Shown in pieces: positions 47,679 to 56,959 of a stretch of DNA of 64,000 nucleotides; the first letter of the stretch is position 1; every line of letters starts with the position of its first letter. The notes under the pieces are model-generated. The model was not told the DNA's origin, made no database searches, and saw only the letters and a list, made by a program, of their open reading frames with translations. Made by a program: the position numbers and the translations under genes. The stretch covers positions 256,001 to 320,000 of the forward strand of contig CAVSLV010000001.1 of NCBI GenBank assembly GCA_963728915.1. The letters are read 5' to 3'. The stretch comes from an uncultured Gemmatimonadales bacterium (lineage in GTDB: Bacteria > Gemmatimonadota > Gemmatimonadetes > Gemmatimonadales > GWC2-71-9).

Positions 47679-48556
47679 GCGTTGCCCTGTGGCAGCGGGC
47701 GGTCCCACCGGGGTTTCAATCGGTTCAGGTTGGTGAAGTCCTCGCCGTGGCCCGCCCGGCCGATCTTCCGCTCGCGACCGGACTGGCAGAATCCGCGGCG
47801 GGCCCGTCCGAATGGTACGGGCTCGGCCGGCGGGATCCCGGTCCCTTCCGGCTCATCGTGGTGCGCGGTCAGGACGACCGGGGTTTCACCCGCGGCAGCA
47901 CACCGTCCTGGGGCGCCGGCTTCACCTTTCCTGCGGCGCGGACCATCCTGATCCGGGCCGATGCCGGTGATCCCTATCGCATCCTCCGCCATGAGCTGGC
48001 CCATCTCGTCCTCGCCGACGCGCTCCACACTCGAGTCCCGCTCTGGTTCAACGAGGGATACGCTGCCCTGGCGGCCGGCGAGCTCAACCGGTTCGTCGCG
48101 CTTCGCCTCAACCTGTCGGTCGCCCGGGGACAGATCCCGGGATTCGATGAGCTGGATCGCGGGCTCCGGTCCAGCGAGCCGACCGCGGAAACGGCCTACG
48201 CGCTGGCCGCCTCCGCGGTTGCGATGCTGGCCCGTCGTCACCCCGATCATTCACTGACCCCACTGCTGGCTCGATTGGAAGCCGGAGAATCCTTTGACGG
48301 TGCGGTCCTGGCGACGACCGGGTCCCCGCTGGGTCGGTTTGAAGTCGAGTGGCAGAAGGACGTCCGGCGCCGCTACGGACTGGTCGGGTGGATGATGGCG
48401 GGAGGACTCTGGGCGCTCGCGGCCCTGGTGGTCCTGGCGACCGTCTGGCTGAGGCGGCGCCGAGACCGGCCCCGCCGTCTGGCGCTGGATCACGGCTGGG
48501 TGGTGGAGCCCGAGGAACCCGTCCCTCCGCTTGATGAACCCGGAGAAAAGCCATAG
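47531..48556 (+). CDS. Membrane-anchored zinc metallopeptidase (peptidase MA-like); start uncertain
   Basis: RHELAH (HExxH) plus PLWFNEGYA; hydrophobic N-terminal segment and C-terminal TM followed by RRRR. True start may be downstream (e.g. GTG 47603). Confidence 0.75.
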   Translation: MAARIEGRREGNLAAGSGRQSVCAVGRPLPGTPRSYRPGRRSPALALLLSVALWQRAVPPGFQSVQVGEVLAVARPADLPLATGLAESAAGPSEWYGLGRRDPGPFRLIVVRGQDDRGFTRGSTPSWGAGFTFPAARTILIRADAGDPYRILRHELAHLVLADALHTRVPLWFNEGYAALAAGELNRFVALRLNLSVARGQIPGFDELDRGLRSSEPTAETAYALAASAVAMLARRHPDHSLTPLLARLEAGESFDGAVLATTGSPLGRFEVEWQKDVRRRYGLVGWMMAGGLWALAALVVLATVWLRRRRDRPRRLALDHGWVVEPEEPVPPLDEPGEKP

Positions 48557-48559
48557 GTT
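48531..48559 (+). promoter_or_regulatory. Putative sigma70 promoter TTGATG-N17-TAGGTT
   Basis: 17-bp spacing; directly upstream of the small membrane gene and tRNA-Val. Confidence 0.5.
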
Positions 48560-48569
48560 TCAACCCCTT

Positions 48570-48761
48570 ATGGCATCGAGCGAATCCGGGGCGACCCCCC
48601 GGCGGGGTCCGCTTTCGCGACGGAACGTCCTGGTGCTGGGCGTCGCGATCGTTTGCCTGGTCGCCGGGTACATCGTGTTGAGCTCCGGGTCAGCCAGCTT
48701 CGGGGCTGTACTCCTGGTCCTCGGCTACTGCGTCCTTTTCCCGTTGGCAATTGCGCTTTGA
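48570..48761 (+). CDS. Small two-TM membrane protein (DUF3098-like)
   Basis: LSRRNVLVLGVAIVCLVAGYIVL...LLVLGYCVLFPLAI. Confidence 0.7.
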   Translation: MASSESGATPRRGPLSRRNVLVLGVAIVCLVAGYIVLSSGSASFGAVLLVLGYCVLFPLAIAL

Positions 48762-48770
48762 GGGAGTGTG

Positions 48771-48844
48771 GGGCGAATAGCTCAGCGGTTCAGAGCGCCT
48801 GCCTTACACGCAGGATGTCGGGGGTTCGAATCCCTCTTCGCCCA
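48771..48844 (+). tRNA. tRNA-Val (TAC), no encoded CCA
   Basis: Acceptor GGGCGAA/TTCGCCC, anticodon arm CCTGC-CTTACAC-GCAGG, T-loop TTCGAAT. Confidence 0.96.
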
Positions 48845-48892
48845 TGGCCCAGTCTACCGCCGGCCTGGCGGGGTCCACCTGGAGGTTGAAGG

Positions 48893-50710
48893 ATGCAAGT
48901 GAAGACAACGGTTGCCGCAAGCCTCGGATTGGTCGTCTGGATGGCGGCCCAGCCAGTGGAGGGTCAGCTCCGGGCGAATCGTCCGCCGCCGGTGCAGCCC
49001 AATCTTCCCCGTCTCCTGGTCGCGAACCCGTTCAGCTTTTCGGGCCAGGACTCGACCGCCGCGGTCCGGGTGGGCCACGGCATGCGGGAAGAGATCACAG
49101 GAATCGCGGACAAGTGGTACCGTACCGTAACCCGCGTTCAGATGAACGAGGCGCTCCAGCAATACGCCTATCCGGTCGACGCGCTTCTGCCGCCGATGGT
49201 CGCCAGGCAGCTCGCCGGCCAGCTCGGTCCCGCTCGGGTTGTCATTCTGTCCAACCTGGTGAAGGGAGAAAACGGGCGGTATACCATCGAAGCCCGGCTC
49301 GCGGGGATCAACGACGACGCGGGACAGGTCGTCAAGCTCACCCAGAACCCCAACGAATCGTTCGAAGACTTCGGCAAGCGAACCGCGCAGGCGCTGGCGC
49401 CGGCGTTCAAGGCCCTGCCGGACGCCCGGGATTGCGAGGCCAAGCGGGAAACCGACCCGGCCAAGGCCCAGGACGCGGCGACCAGGGCCATCAAGAATGT
49501 CCCCAACTCGGGACTGGCTCAGTTCTGTCTCGCCGAAATCAGCATCGCCAGGAAGGCACCGGCCGATTCGATCGTCGCGCACCTCAAGCTCGCCACCGAC
49601 GGAGATCCGCAATCGCTGCCGGCCTGGACCGCGCTGGCGGTGGAGTACCAGGCCAAGGCGGACAGCACCGCGACGGTCGAGACCTTCAAGCAGATGCTGC
49701 GGATCGCGCCCACCAACGAACAGCTCCGGAAAGAGGCCTTCCGGTTGTTCCTGAACTATGGTCAGACCGGCGCGGCGGAGCAGGTCGCCGACGAGGGACT
49801 CCAGATCGATCCCGCCAATGCCGATCTGTGGGACCTGAAGAGCAGCGCGTGCCTCTTCCAGGACACGCCGGAGAAGACTCGCTGTGCGATCGAAGCGCTC
49901 GAACGGGTGTACGAGCTCGACACGACCAAGGCCGATACCACCTTCTTCACCAAAATCACTTTCGCGGCGTCGCGGCCCTCTCTCGAGGTCAAGGCGATGG
50001 TGGATACCGCCGGCAAGGTGATCCCCCCGTCGCAAGGCGGAGTCCGGGACACCACGGTCGCGGTGGCCGACAGCCTGCGATTCCTCAAATGGGCGCAGCG
50101 CGGGCACGAGAAGTATCCCGACAATGTGGTCCTCCTCGGGCAGCTTGCCGAGGCGTACAGCCTGGCAGGACCGGTGGACAGCGCCGTGAGCGTGACCAAG
50201 CAGCTCATGGCGAAGGACTCCTCGGATATGAGCCCGGTGCTCCGGGTCATTCAGAAACTGGCCGCGGCCAAACGGCTTCGCGACGCGATGGCGCTGGGAC
50301 CGTATGTCGAGCGCCTGGGGAGTCCCGATGACAAGCAGAATTACGCGGCCATCCTCATCAAGCCGAGTTTTGAATCGATGCAGGTCCAGCCGCCCGATTG
50401 GGCCCTGGTGGCCGATGCGGGTCGGGAAATCGTCAAGTTCTCGGGGGCCGAATCGCCGGCCGCCACCTACGGCAACTACCTCTTGGGTCTCGGGCTGTTC
50501 CAGCAGGTCGCCGAAATGGATTCCGAGGCGACCACCAACAAAGCGTTTACTTGCGAGCTTGGTCAGAAGATGAAGAGCATGCTCGCTGAGGCCGAGCCGG
50601 CCATGAACGCTGGCAAATCGGTGGCTGAAGCGGTCATCACCGCTCGGCTCAATGCCATCCCGCAGTTCAACAAGCACGTGGATGCGATCATCAAACAATA
50701 TTGCAAGTAG
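48893..50710 (+). CDS. Exported helical-repeat (TPR-like) hypothetical protein
   Basis: GGAGG upstream; signal peptide MQVKTTVAASLGLVVWMAAQPVEG; TPR-like units (LRIAPTNEQLR, LQIDPANADLW); strong codon bias. Confidence 0.8.
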   Translation: MQVKTTVAASLGLVVWMAAQPVEGQLRANRPPPVQPNLPRLLVANPFSFSGQDSTAAVRVGHGMREEITGIADKWYRTVTRVQMNEALQQYAYPVDALLPPMVARQLAGQLGPARVVILSNLVKGENGRYTIEARLAGINDDAGQVVKLTQNPNESFEDFGKRTAQALAPAFKALPDARDCEAKRETDPAKAQDAATRAIKNVPNSGLAQFCLAEISIARKAPADSIVAHLKLATDGDPQSLPAWTALAVEYQAKADSTATVETFKQMLRIAPTNEQLRKEAFRLFLNYGQTGAAEQVADEGLQIDPANADLWDLKSSACLFQDTPEKTRCAIEALERVYELDTTKADTTFFTKITFAASRPSLEVKAMVDTAGKVIPPSQGGVRDTTVAVADSLRFLKWAQRGHEKYPDNVVLLGQLAEAYSLAGPVDSAVSVTKQLMAKDSSDMSPVLRVIQKLAAAKRLRDAMALGPYVERLGSPDDKQNYAAILIKPSFESMQVQPPDWALVADAGREIVKFSGAESPAATYGNYLLGLGLFQQVAEMDSEATTNKAFTCELGQKMKSMLAEAEPAMNAGKSVAEAVITARLNAIPQFNKHVDAIIKQYCK

Positions 50711-50729
50711 GGAGCGAGTGACCTAAATT
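50701..50729 (+). promoter_or_regulatory. Putative sigma70 promoter TTGCAA-N17-TAAATT for tRNA-Asp
   Basis: Near-consensus hexamers with a 17-bp spacer, 15 nt upstream of the tRNA. Confidence 0.6.
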
Positions 50730-50744
50730 TTCAGGCTGCACTAT

Positions 50745-50819
50745 GGGGCTGTAGCTCAGCTTGGTTAGAGTGCCGCACTGTCACTGCGGAGGTCGCGGGT
50801 TCGAGCCCCGTCAGCCCCG
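50745..50819 (+). tRNA. tRNA-Asp (GTC), no encoded CCA
   Basis: Acceptor GGGGCTG/CAGCCCC, anticodon arm CCGCA-CTGTCAC-TGCGG, T-loop TTCGAGC. Confidence 0.96.
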
Positions 50820-50835
50820 TCCCCCCGTGGTGTGG

Positions 50836-50870
50836 AACCGCCGTCCGGCGTCCCGGACGGCGGTTTTGTT
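50836..50870 (+). terminator. Intrinsic terminator after tRNA-Asp
   Basis: Perfect 13-bp stem AACCGCCGTCCGG / CCGGACGGCGGTT, 4-nt loop, T-rich tail. Confidence 0.85.
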
Positions 50871-50890
50871 ACCCCGGCCCTTGAGTACTC

Positions 50891-51940
50891 ATGGAGTCTG
50901 ATCCCGATTTCCGGTTCCATCGCCCGGTCCTCCTCCCGGAAGTCCTGAACGTCGCGCGCGGCGCGCGACGCGTCGTGGACGGCACTCTCGGCGATGGCGG
51001 TCATGCGGGTGCGCTCCGGGATGCCGGCGCGGACGTCCTCGCGATCGATCGTGATCCCGAGGCCATCGGCACCGCGCGGGAACGGCTGGGAACCGATCGG
51101 ATCCGTTACCTCACCGCTTCCTTCTCGAGCGAAGAAGCGCTCGCCGCGATCCGGAACTTCCAGCCCGAGTTCATTCTCCTCGACCTCGGGGTTTCCTCGC
51201 GCCAGCTCGACCAATCCGACCGGGGCTTCACGTTCCGGCCCGGGGCGCCGCTCGATATGCGAATGGGGAAGGAGGGCGCCAGCGCCGCCGACCTGCTCGA
51301 CCGGGCCCGCCCAGAGGAGCTGGCCGACTGGTTTCGGGATTTTGGCGATGAGCGGCGGAGCAGGAGACTTGCCGGAGAGATCGTCCGTCGGCGGGCCCGA
51401 GCGCGGTTCACCACGAGTGATGACCTGGTCAACGCGATTCGGGCGGTGCTCGGCGCCAGAGCCGGACCCGAGGACTTCGCCCGTCTGTTCCAGGCGGTGC
51501 GGATCGCGGTGAACCGGGAGCTCGAATCGCTCCAGGGGGCCCTTCCGAGCCTCCGGGATGCCCTTCCGGTTGGCGGCAGGCTCGCGGTCATCAGTTATCA
51601 TTCCGGAGAAGACCGCGTCGTCAAGCACGCTTTCCGCGAATGGAGCCGATCCTGCGTCTGCCCGAAGGGATCACCGGTATGCACCTGCCGGGGTCACCCG
51701 CTCGGCCGGGAGGTCGTGCGGAGCGGGGTCACTCCCGATCGGGAAGAAGTCACTGCCAATCCGCGCGCCCGGAGCGCGCGGCTTCGGGTGTTCCGTGTCG
51801 AGCGTAAAGCCGAAGAGCAACAAGCCGCGGGTGAAGGGACGGCACTGGATCGCGCTCTGGCTCCTGATCTTCCTGGGCGCCGCCGCCCTCATCGTAACCC
51901 GCCAGCGCTCGGCGATCCTGAGCGCGACCCGCCTGGGTGA
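50891..51940 (+). CDS. rsmH: 16S rRNA m4C1402 methyltransferase RsmH (C-terminally extended)
   Basis: HRPVLLPEV, DGTLGDGGH, DLGVSS, LDMRM, FQAVRIAVN, ISYHSGEDR, NPRARSARLR. Confidence 0.95.
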   Translation: MESDPDFRFHRPVLLPEVLNVARGARRVVDGTLGDGGHAGALRDAGADVLAIDRDPEAIGTARERLGTDRIRYLTASFSSEEALAAIRNFQPEFILLDLGVSSRQLDQSDRGFTFRPGAPLDMRMGKEGASAADLLDRARPEELADWFRDFGDERRSRRLAGEIVRRRARARFTTSDDLVNAIRAVLGARAGPEDFARLFQAVRIAVNRELESLQGALPSLRDALPVGGRLAVISYHSGEDRVVKHAFREWSRSCVCPKGSPVCTCRGHPLGREVVRSGVTPDREEVTANPRARSARLRVFRVERKAEEQQAAGEGTALDRALAPDLPGRRRPHRNPPALGDPERDPPG

Positions 51941-52145
51941 CCTGCGCGAACAACGCCAGGCCCTGGAAGCGACCCGCGCCGAGCTGCTTCGGGCCATCTC
52001 CCAGGCGACCAGCCGGGAGATTCTGGTCCCCCGCATGCAGCGTCTCGGCCTCCATCTCCCCAGCGACACCGACAACATCCCGCTCCGGGTGGACACCACC
52101 GCGACCGGCAAGAAACCGGAGGCCCGGCCCGGCGGGGGCTCCTGA
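51795..52145 (+). CDS. ftsL: FtsL-like cell division protein (start 51795 or 51831)
   Basis: Basic N-terminus, single TM (WIALWLLIFLGAAALIV), leucine-zipper-like coil; located between rsmH and ftsI. Confidence 0.75.
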   Translation: MSSVKPKSNKPRVKGRHWIALWLLIFLGAAALIVTRQRSAILSATRLGDLREQRQALEATRAELLRAISQATSREILVPRMQRLGLHLPSDTDNIPLRVDTTATGKKPEARPGGGS

Positions 52146-54124
52146 TGGCCAAACCCAGGGCGCGGATCCTGGTGCTCCAGCTCGGCTTCGCCGCCGGCGT
52201 CCTGGTGGTGCTGGGTCGCGCCGCCTGGCTCCAGCTGGTCCAGGGCCGCGCGCTGTCCCGCCGCGCCGAAGAGCTGCGCACGGTGCCCCGCGAGCTCATG
52301 GCGCGACGGGGGACGATCTATGACCGGAATGGGACCCCGCTGGTCATTTCCCAGCCCAAGTTCCGGGTGCAGATCGCGCTCCGGGAAGTGCGGGACACCA
52401 CCCACCTGCTCCGGTTTTTCGCCAGCGATCTGGGCATTCGGGCCGACACCCTGCGGCGGTCGTTCCGGCGGGGCACGCCGCGCTATCCCTATTTCTACGG
52501 TCCATTCACCGCGCACCAGGTTGAGCGGCTCCGGGAGCTCGACGGCGTGTATCTCGAGACCACCTACAGCCGTTCCTATCCCAACGGAGTCCTGGCCTCC
52601 CCGATCATTGGCCAGCTCGACGCCGACGGTCTCAAGGGCGCCTCCGGACTGGAACGCACCCTCGATACGGTGCTCGCCGGGGTTCCCGGTCTCACCACCG
52701 ACCTCCGGGAATCCACCGGCCGTCGGATCGAGTCTCCCGGACGGCTCATCCGGGAACCGATCTCGGGTCACGACGTCACCCTCACGATCGATGCCGAGCT
52801 TCAGGGGATCGCGGAATACACCCTGGCGCGGGCGCTGCATGACTTTCATGCTCAGGGCGGAGACGTGGTGTTTCTGGATCCCCGTTCCGGTGAGCTGCTC
52901 GCCCTCGCGTCGCTCTCCGCCGGAGAGACCAGCGTCCCTTCCTTCTTCACCACCCCCTTCGAGCCGGGGTCCACTGCCAAGCCGTTCACCGCGGCCGCGC
53001 TGCTCACCCTGAACCGGGTGACCCCGACCGAAACGGTTTCCGGGAACAACGGAACCTGGACCTTCAACGTCACCTCGAGGTTGACCCGGACTATCCGCGA
53101 CGTGCACCCCGAGCGGGGCGAGCTGACCCTGGCCCGCGCGATCCAGAAGTCCAGCAACATCGGGATGGCGAAATTCGCGCTGAAGCTCCGGCCCGAGGAG
53201 CAGTACGATATGCTCCGGCGCTTCGGCTTCGGCGCTCCCACCGGGGTGGAGTTTCCGTCCGAAGCGATCGGCAACCTCATCCGGCCGAACCGCTGGCGGT
53301 TCGGCTACGATGGGCAGAGCGTCGCGATGGGGTACTCGTTCTCGGTGACGCCGGTGCAGCTCGCCGCAGCCTACGGGGCCCTGGCCAACGATGGCCTGCT
53401 GCTCGCCCCCACGCTGCTCCGCGATGTACGAGACACCGAGGGGAAAACCGTCTACCATCACCAGCCGGAAGTGATCCGGCGGGCCATCTCCTCCGAGGTT
53501 GCAGCCACCATTCGGGAGTTCCTGAACGAAGCCGCGAGCGATTCCGGCACCGGCGGTCGCGCCCAGGTACGGGGCGGGATTCTGGGAAAGACCGGGACGG
53601 CTCTGGTGGCCGAGCGGGGAGGGTACGAGAAAGGGCAGTACCGTGCTTCGTTCGCGGCTATCTACCCCGCGCGGGATCCCCAGCTGGTCGTCGTGGTGAC
53701 GATCGATCGCCCGCAGGGCGCCTACTACGGCGGGGTGATCGCGGCGCCGGTCACCGCCGACATGCTGCGCCAGGCCCTGGCCGCGAAGAACGGGGGACTG
53801 GACAAGTCTCCGCTGGGGGAAGTCGCTGCGGAGCCCGCGGACGAAGCGCGTGGAGAGCCGCCGGCTCGAGCGGCGGCGGAGCACAGCCAGGAGTCCAGTG
53901 TGGCTGTTCCGCTGGCCGACACGACCGCGCGGCTCGCACGGAGCGCGACCATTGTTCCCGACGTGACCGGCCGTTCCTTGCGCGACGCGGTCTTCGCGCT
54001 GCATCAGCGGGGCTTCCGGGTCCGGATCGAAGGGAACGGCCGACCCATTCGCACCTCCCCCGCCGCGGGCGATTCGCTCATGACCGGGAGCCTGGTCGTG
54101 TTGTTCGCGGACAAGAGCCCGTGA
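52145..54124 (+). CDS. ftsI: Class B penicillin-binding protein FtsI with C-terminal PASTA-like domain
   Basis: RGTIYDRNG, GLERTLD, EPGSTAK (SxxK), SSN, KTGT; VPDVTGRSLRDA. Confidence 0.93.
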   Translation: MAKPRARILVLQLGFAAGVLVVLGRAAWLQLVQGRALSRRAEELRTVPRELMARRGTIYDRNGTPLVISQPKFRVQIALREVRDTTHLLRFFASDLGIRADTLRRSFRRGTPRYPYFYGPFTAHQVERLRELDGVYLETTYSRSYPNGVLASPIIGQLDADGLKGASGLERTLDTVLAGVPGLTTDLRESTGRRIESPGRLIREPISGHDVTLTIDAELQGIAEYTLARALHDFHAQGGDVVFLDPRSGELLALASLSAGETSVPSFFTTPFEPGSTAKPFTAAALLTLNRVTPTETVSGNNGTWTFNVTSRLTRTIRDVHPERGELTLARAIQKSSNIGMAKFALKLRPEEQYDMLRRFGFGAPTGVEFPSEAIGNLIRPNRWRFGYDGQSVAMGYSFSVTPVQLAAAYGALANDGLLLAPTLLRDVRDTEGKTVYHHQPEVIRRAISSEVAATIREFLNEAASDSGTGGRAQVRGGILGKTGTALVAERGGYEKGQYRASFAAIYPARDPQLVVVVTIDRPQGAYYGGVIAAPVTADMLRQALAAKNGGLDKSPLGEVAAEPADEARGEPPARAAAEHSQESSVAVPLADTTARLARSATIVPDVTGRSLRDAVFALHQRGFRVRIEGNGRPIRTSPAAGDSLMTGSLVVLFADKSP

Positions 54125-55617
54125 ATCGCCCCGCCGAGCTGCTCGCGGCGCTTCGCCGGGAAGACCTCCTGCGCGACGCTCCGCCTCCCGACGTCCTCGA
54201 GCCCGCCACCGGGCTCACTACCGACAGCCGCCGGGTCGCACCGGGGACCGTGTTCATCGCAGTGCGAGGCTCCCAGCTCGATGGTCATCGATACGTGGGA
54301 CAGGCGGTGGAGCGGGGGGCCGTGGCGGTCGTGGTGGAGCAGCCGGTCGAGAGCCGGGTTCCCCAGCTCGTGGTCCGCGATGGCCGGCGCTCCGCCATCG
54401 CGATGGCCCGGGCCTGGTATCACGATCCCGGGGCGACCATGCGGCTGTTCGGGGTCACCGGGACCAACGGCAAGACCACCACCACCGGTATCCTGGCCCA
54501 TCTGCTCAACCGGAATGGCGACGCGGGGACCCTCGGCACGCTGGGAGCGTTCGACGGCTCGCGTCATCCGGTCCTGACCGAGGGCGAGTCGCTCACCACG
54601 CCGGGGCCGATCGACCTGCACGCCACGCTCGCCGCGTTGCGCGACCTGGGAGTCCGGCAGGTCGCGATGGAGGCTTCCTCGCACAGTCTCGATCAGGGGC
54701 GGCTCGACGGATTGGCGTTCGACGGCGTGGTGTTCACCAATCTGACCCAGGATCACCTGGACTATCACGGGACCATGGCGCACTACCTCGCGGCCAAGTT
54801 GCGCCTGCTCGGTCTGTGCCGGAAGGACTCGGTGCTGGCCGTGAATGCGGATGACCCCTCCTGGGCCGCGATTCCCCGCGGCGCCGCCATGGTGACTTTC
54901 GGCGAGAGCACCGATGCCGATCTCCGCGCCGCGGACCCGGTTGTGGACGGGCGGGGCTGCCGCTTCCGGTTCGAGGGGCGGTTCGGGATCCGGGAGGCCG
55001 AGGTTCCGCTGCCGGGCCGGTTCAATATCGCGAATGCGCTGGGTGCGTCGGCCTGCGCGTTAGGCCTGGGCCTGACGCTCGCCGAGGTGACCGATCGTCT
55101 CGCCGGAGCGCCCCAGGTGCCGGGGCGGATGGAACGGATCGTCGCGGAGCCGTGCCTGGTGCTCCGGGACTACGCCCACACTCCCGATGCGCTGAGCCGC
55201 GCCCTCGAAACCCTGCGGCCACTCACCGAGGGGCGGTTGATCGTGGTGTTCGGGTGCGGAGGCGATCGGGACCGGGGGAAACGGCCCATCATGGGGCGGA
55301 TCGCCGGAACCGGGGCGGACTTCGCCATCGTGAGCTCGGATAACCCGCGGACCGAGGACCCCGAATCCATCATCGATGAAATCGTCGCCGGGCTTCCGTC
55401 CGGCGTCGCCTTCCGGCGGATGGTGGATCGGCGCGAAGCGATCCAGGCCGCGGTGGAAATGGCCGGCCCCCGCGATACGGTACTGCTCGCGGGCAAGGGC
55501 CATGAGACCTACCAGGTGCTCGGCACCACCAAAGTCCCGTTCGACGAACGCGAGATTGTACTCGGGATCGTGGATCAGCCTCGCCGCGAGACCGGGGACG
55601 ATGATGCGCTGGACTGA
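54121..55617 (+). CDS. murE: UDP-MurNAc-tripeptide (meso-DAP) ligase
   Basis: GVTGTNGKTT, MEASSH, DYAHTPD, DNPR, AGKGHE. Confidence 0.96.
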   Translation: MNRPAELLAALRREDLLRDAPPPDVLEPATGLTTDSRRVAPGTVFIAVRGSQLDGHRYVGQAVERGAVAVVVEQPVESRVPQLVVRDGRRSAIAMARAWYHDPGATMRLFGVTGTNGKTTTTGILAHLLNRNGDAGTLGTLGAFDGSRHPVLTEGESLTTPGPIDLHATLAALRDLGVRQVAMEASSHSLDQGRLDGLAFDGVVFTNLTQDHLDYHGTMAHYLAAKLRLLGLCRKDSVLAVNADDPSWAAIPRGAAMVTFGESTDADLRAADPVVDGRGCRFRFEGRFGIREAEVPLPGRFNIANALGASACALGLGLTLAEVTDRLAGAPQVPGRMERIVAEPCLVLRDYAHTPDALSRALETLRPLTEGRLIVVFGCGGDRDRGKRPIMGRIAGTGADFAIVSSDNPRTEDPESIIDEIVAGLPSGVAFRRMVDRREAIQAAVEMAGPRDTVLLAGKGHETYQVLGTTKVPFDEREIVLGIVDQPRRETGDDDALD

Positions 55618-56953
55618 TCGGGAGGTCCGCGCCGCCCTGGGCCTGGGTGGAGTCGCGGGGCAGAATCACTATGCCGGAATCTCCACCGACACCCGGACCC
55701 TCGCCGCCCATTCGCTCTTCGTGGCTCTTCGAGGTGATCGGTTCGATGGCCATGCGTTTCTGCGCGAAGCCGCGGCCCGCGGCGCGAGCGGTGCGGTGGT
55801 CGCCCAGGATGCCGAGCCGGTGCCGGGGCTCGAGCTGTACCGGGTACCCGACCCGCTCATCGCACTGGGACAGCTCGCCCACTATCGGCGGAAGGCCGTC
55901 GCGGGACCGGTCATCGCGATCACCGGCACCAACGGGAAGACCTCCACCAAGGAGATGGTGGCCGCGGTGCTCCGGACCCGCTATCGCACCCATGCCACCG
56001 CCAGGAACCTGAACAATCTGGTTGGAGTCCCCCAGACGATTCTCGAAGCCCCCGACGATACCGAGGCCCTGGTGATCGAAGCCGGGGCGAGCCTGCCGGG
56101 CGAGATTGCCCGGGCCCGGGAGATCATCGAGCCGAGTATCGCCGTCATTACCAATGTGGCCCCGGGCCACCTGGAGGGATTCGGCGGAATCGATCAGGTG
56201 ATGACGGAAAAACTTTCCCTGGCCGACGGCATCCCGGTCGCGGTGGTGGGAACCGAACCGCCCGCTCTCGCGGAGCTGGCCCGGAAGAAGGCGCGCAAGG
56301 TGCTCACTGCCGGACTCTCCCATGCCGATCGCACTCCCACCGCGGTGGAGGTGACCGCGGATGGACGACCCCGGGTCAGCGCGATGGGGACCAGCTTCGT
56401 GCTGGATGCGAGAGGGCGGCATCAGGCAGGCAACGCGATGCTCGCCCTGACGGTGGGCGAGGTGCTCGGTCTGATTCCCGAAAAGATGGCGCGGGCGCTC
56501 GAGTCGCTCGAGCTGCCGGGAGGGCGGGGCGAGCTCATCCAGGCCGGCGCGCTCACCATCCTCGACGATTCCTATAACGCCAACCCGGCCTCGTTCCGGG
56601 CCGCGATCGAGCTGGCCCGAAGCCTCCGAGCCGGCCGCCGGCTGGTGTTCGTCGCCGGCACCATGCGGGAGCTTGGTCCCCTCTCGGAGTCCCTGCACCG
56701 GGAGACCGCCAGTCAGCTCGCGGCACTCCGGCCCGACCTTCTGGCCGGCGTCGGCGCCTTCGGTGAGGCGCTGGTTCCCTACCAGGAGTCCTTCGGGGAC
56801 CGGATGATTCTCGCGGAAGACGCGGCCGGGTTGTCGCAGCAGCTGGCGTCCATGCTGCATGGTGACGAATTGATCGTGCTCAAGGGCAGTCGGGGCGTTG
56901 CATTGGAACGGCTGATCCCCGATCTTGTGGCACGCGCGTCTCCCAGCGACTGA
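55601..56953 (+). CDS. murF: UDP-MurNAc-tripeptide--D-Ala-D-Ala ligase
   Basis: ITGTNGKTSTKE, NLNNLVG, DDSYNANP, MRELG, KGSRG. Confidence 0.96.
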   Translation: MMRWTDREVRAALGLGGVAGQNHYAGISTDTRTLAAHSLFVALRGDRFDGHAFLREAAARGASGAVVAQDAEPVPGLELYRVPDPLIALGQLAHYRRKAVAGPVIAITGTNGKTSTKEMVAAVLRTRYRTHATARNLNNLVGVPQTILEAPDDTEALVIEAGASLPGEIARAREIIEPSIAVITNVAPGHLEGFGGIDQVMTEKLSLADGIPVAVVGTEPPALAELARKKARKVLTAGLSHADRTPTAVEVTADGRPRVSAMGTSFVLDARGRHQAGNAMLALTVGEVLGLIPEKMARALESLELPGGRGELIQAGALTILDDSYNANPASFRAAIELARSLRAGRRLVFVAGTMRELGPLSESLHRETASQLAALRPDLLAGVGAFGEALVPYQESFGDRMILAEDAAGLSQQLASMLHGDELIVLKGSRGVALERLIPDLVARASPSD

Positions 56954-56959
56954 GGGTCG

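Noticed and set aside
48771..50819. Possible tRNA-anchored genomic island
   Set aside because: No integrase, no duplicated tRNA 3' end, and the enclosed gene has host-like codon usage.
50821..50836. GTGG-TGTGG as MraZ-binding repeats
   Set aside because: Spacing does not fit the ~10-bp period of known MraZ boxes and mraZ is absent here.
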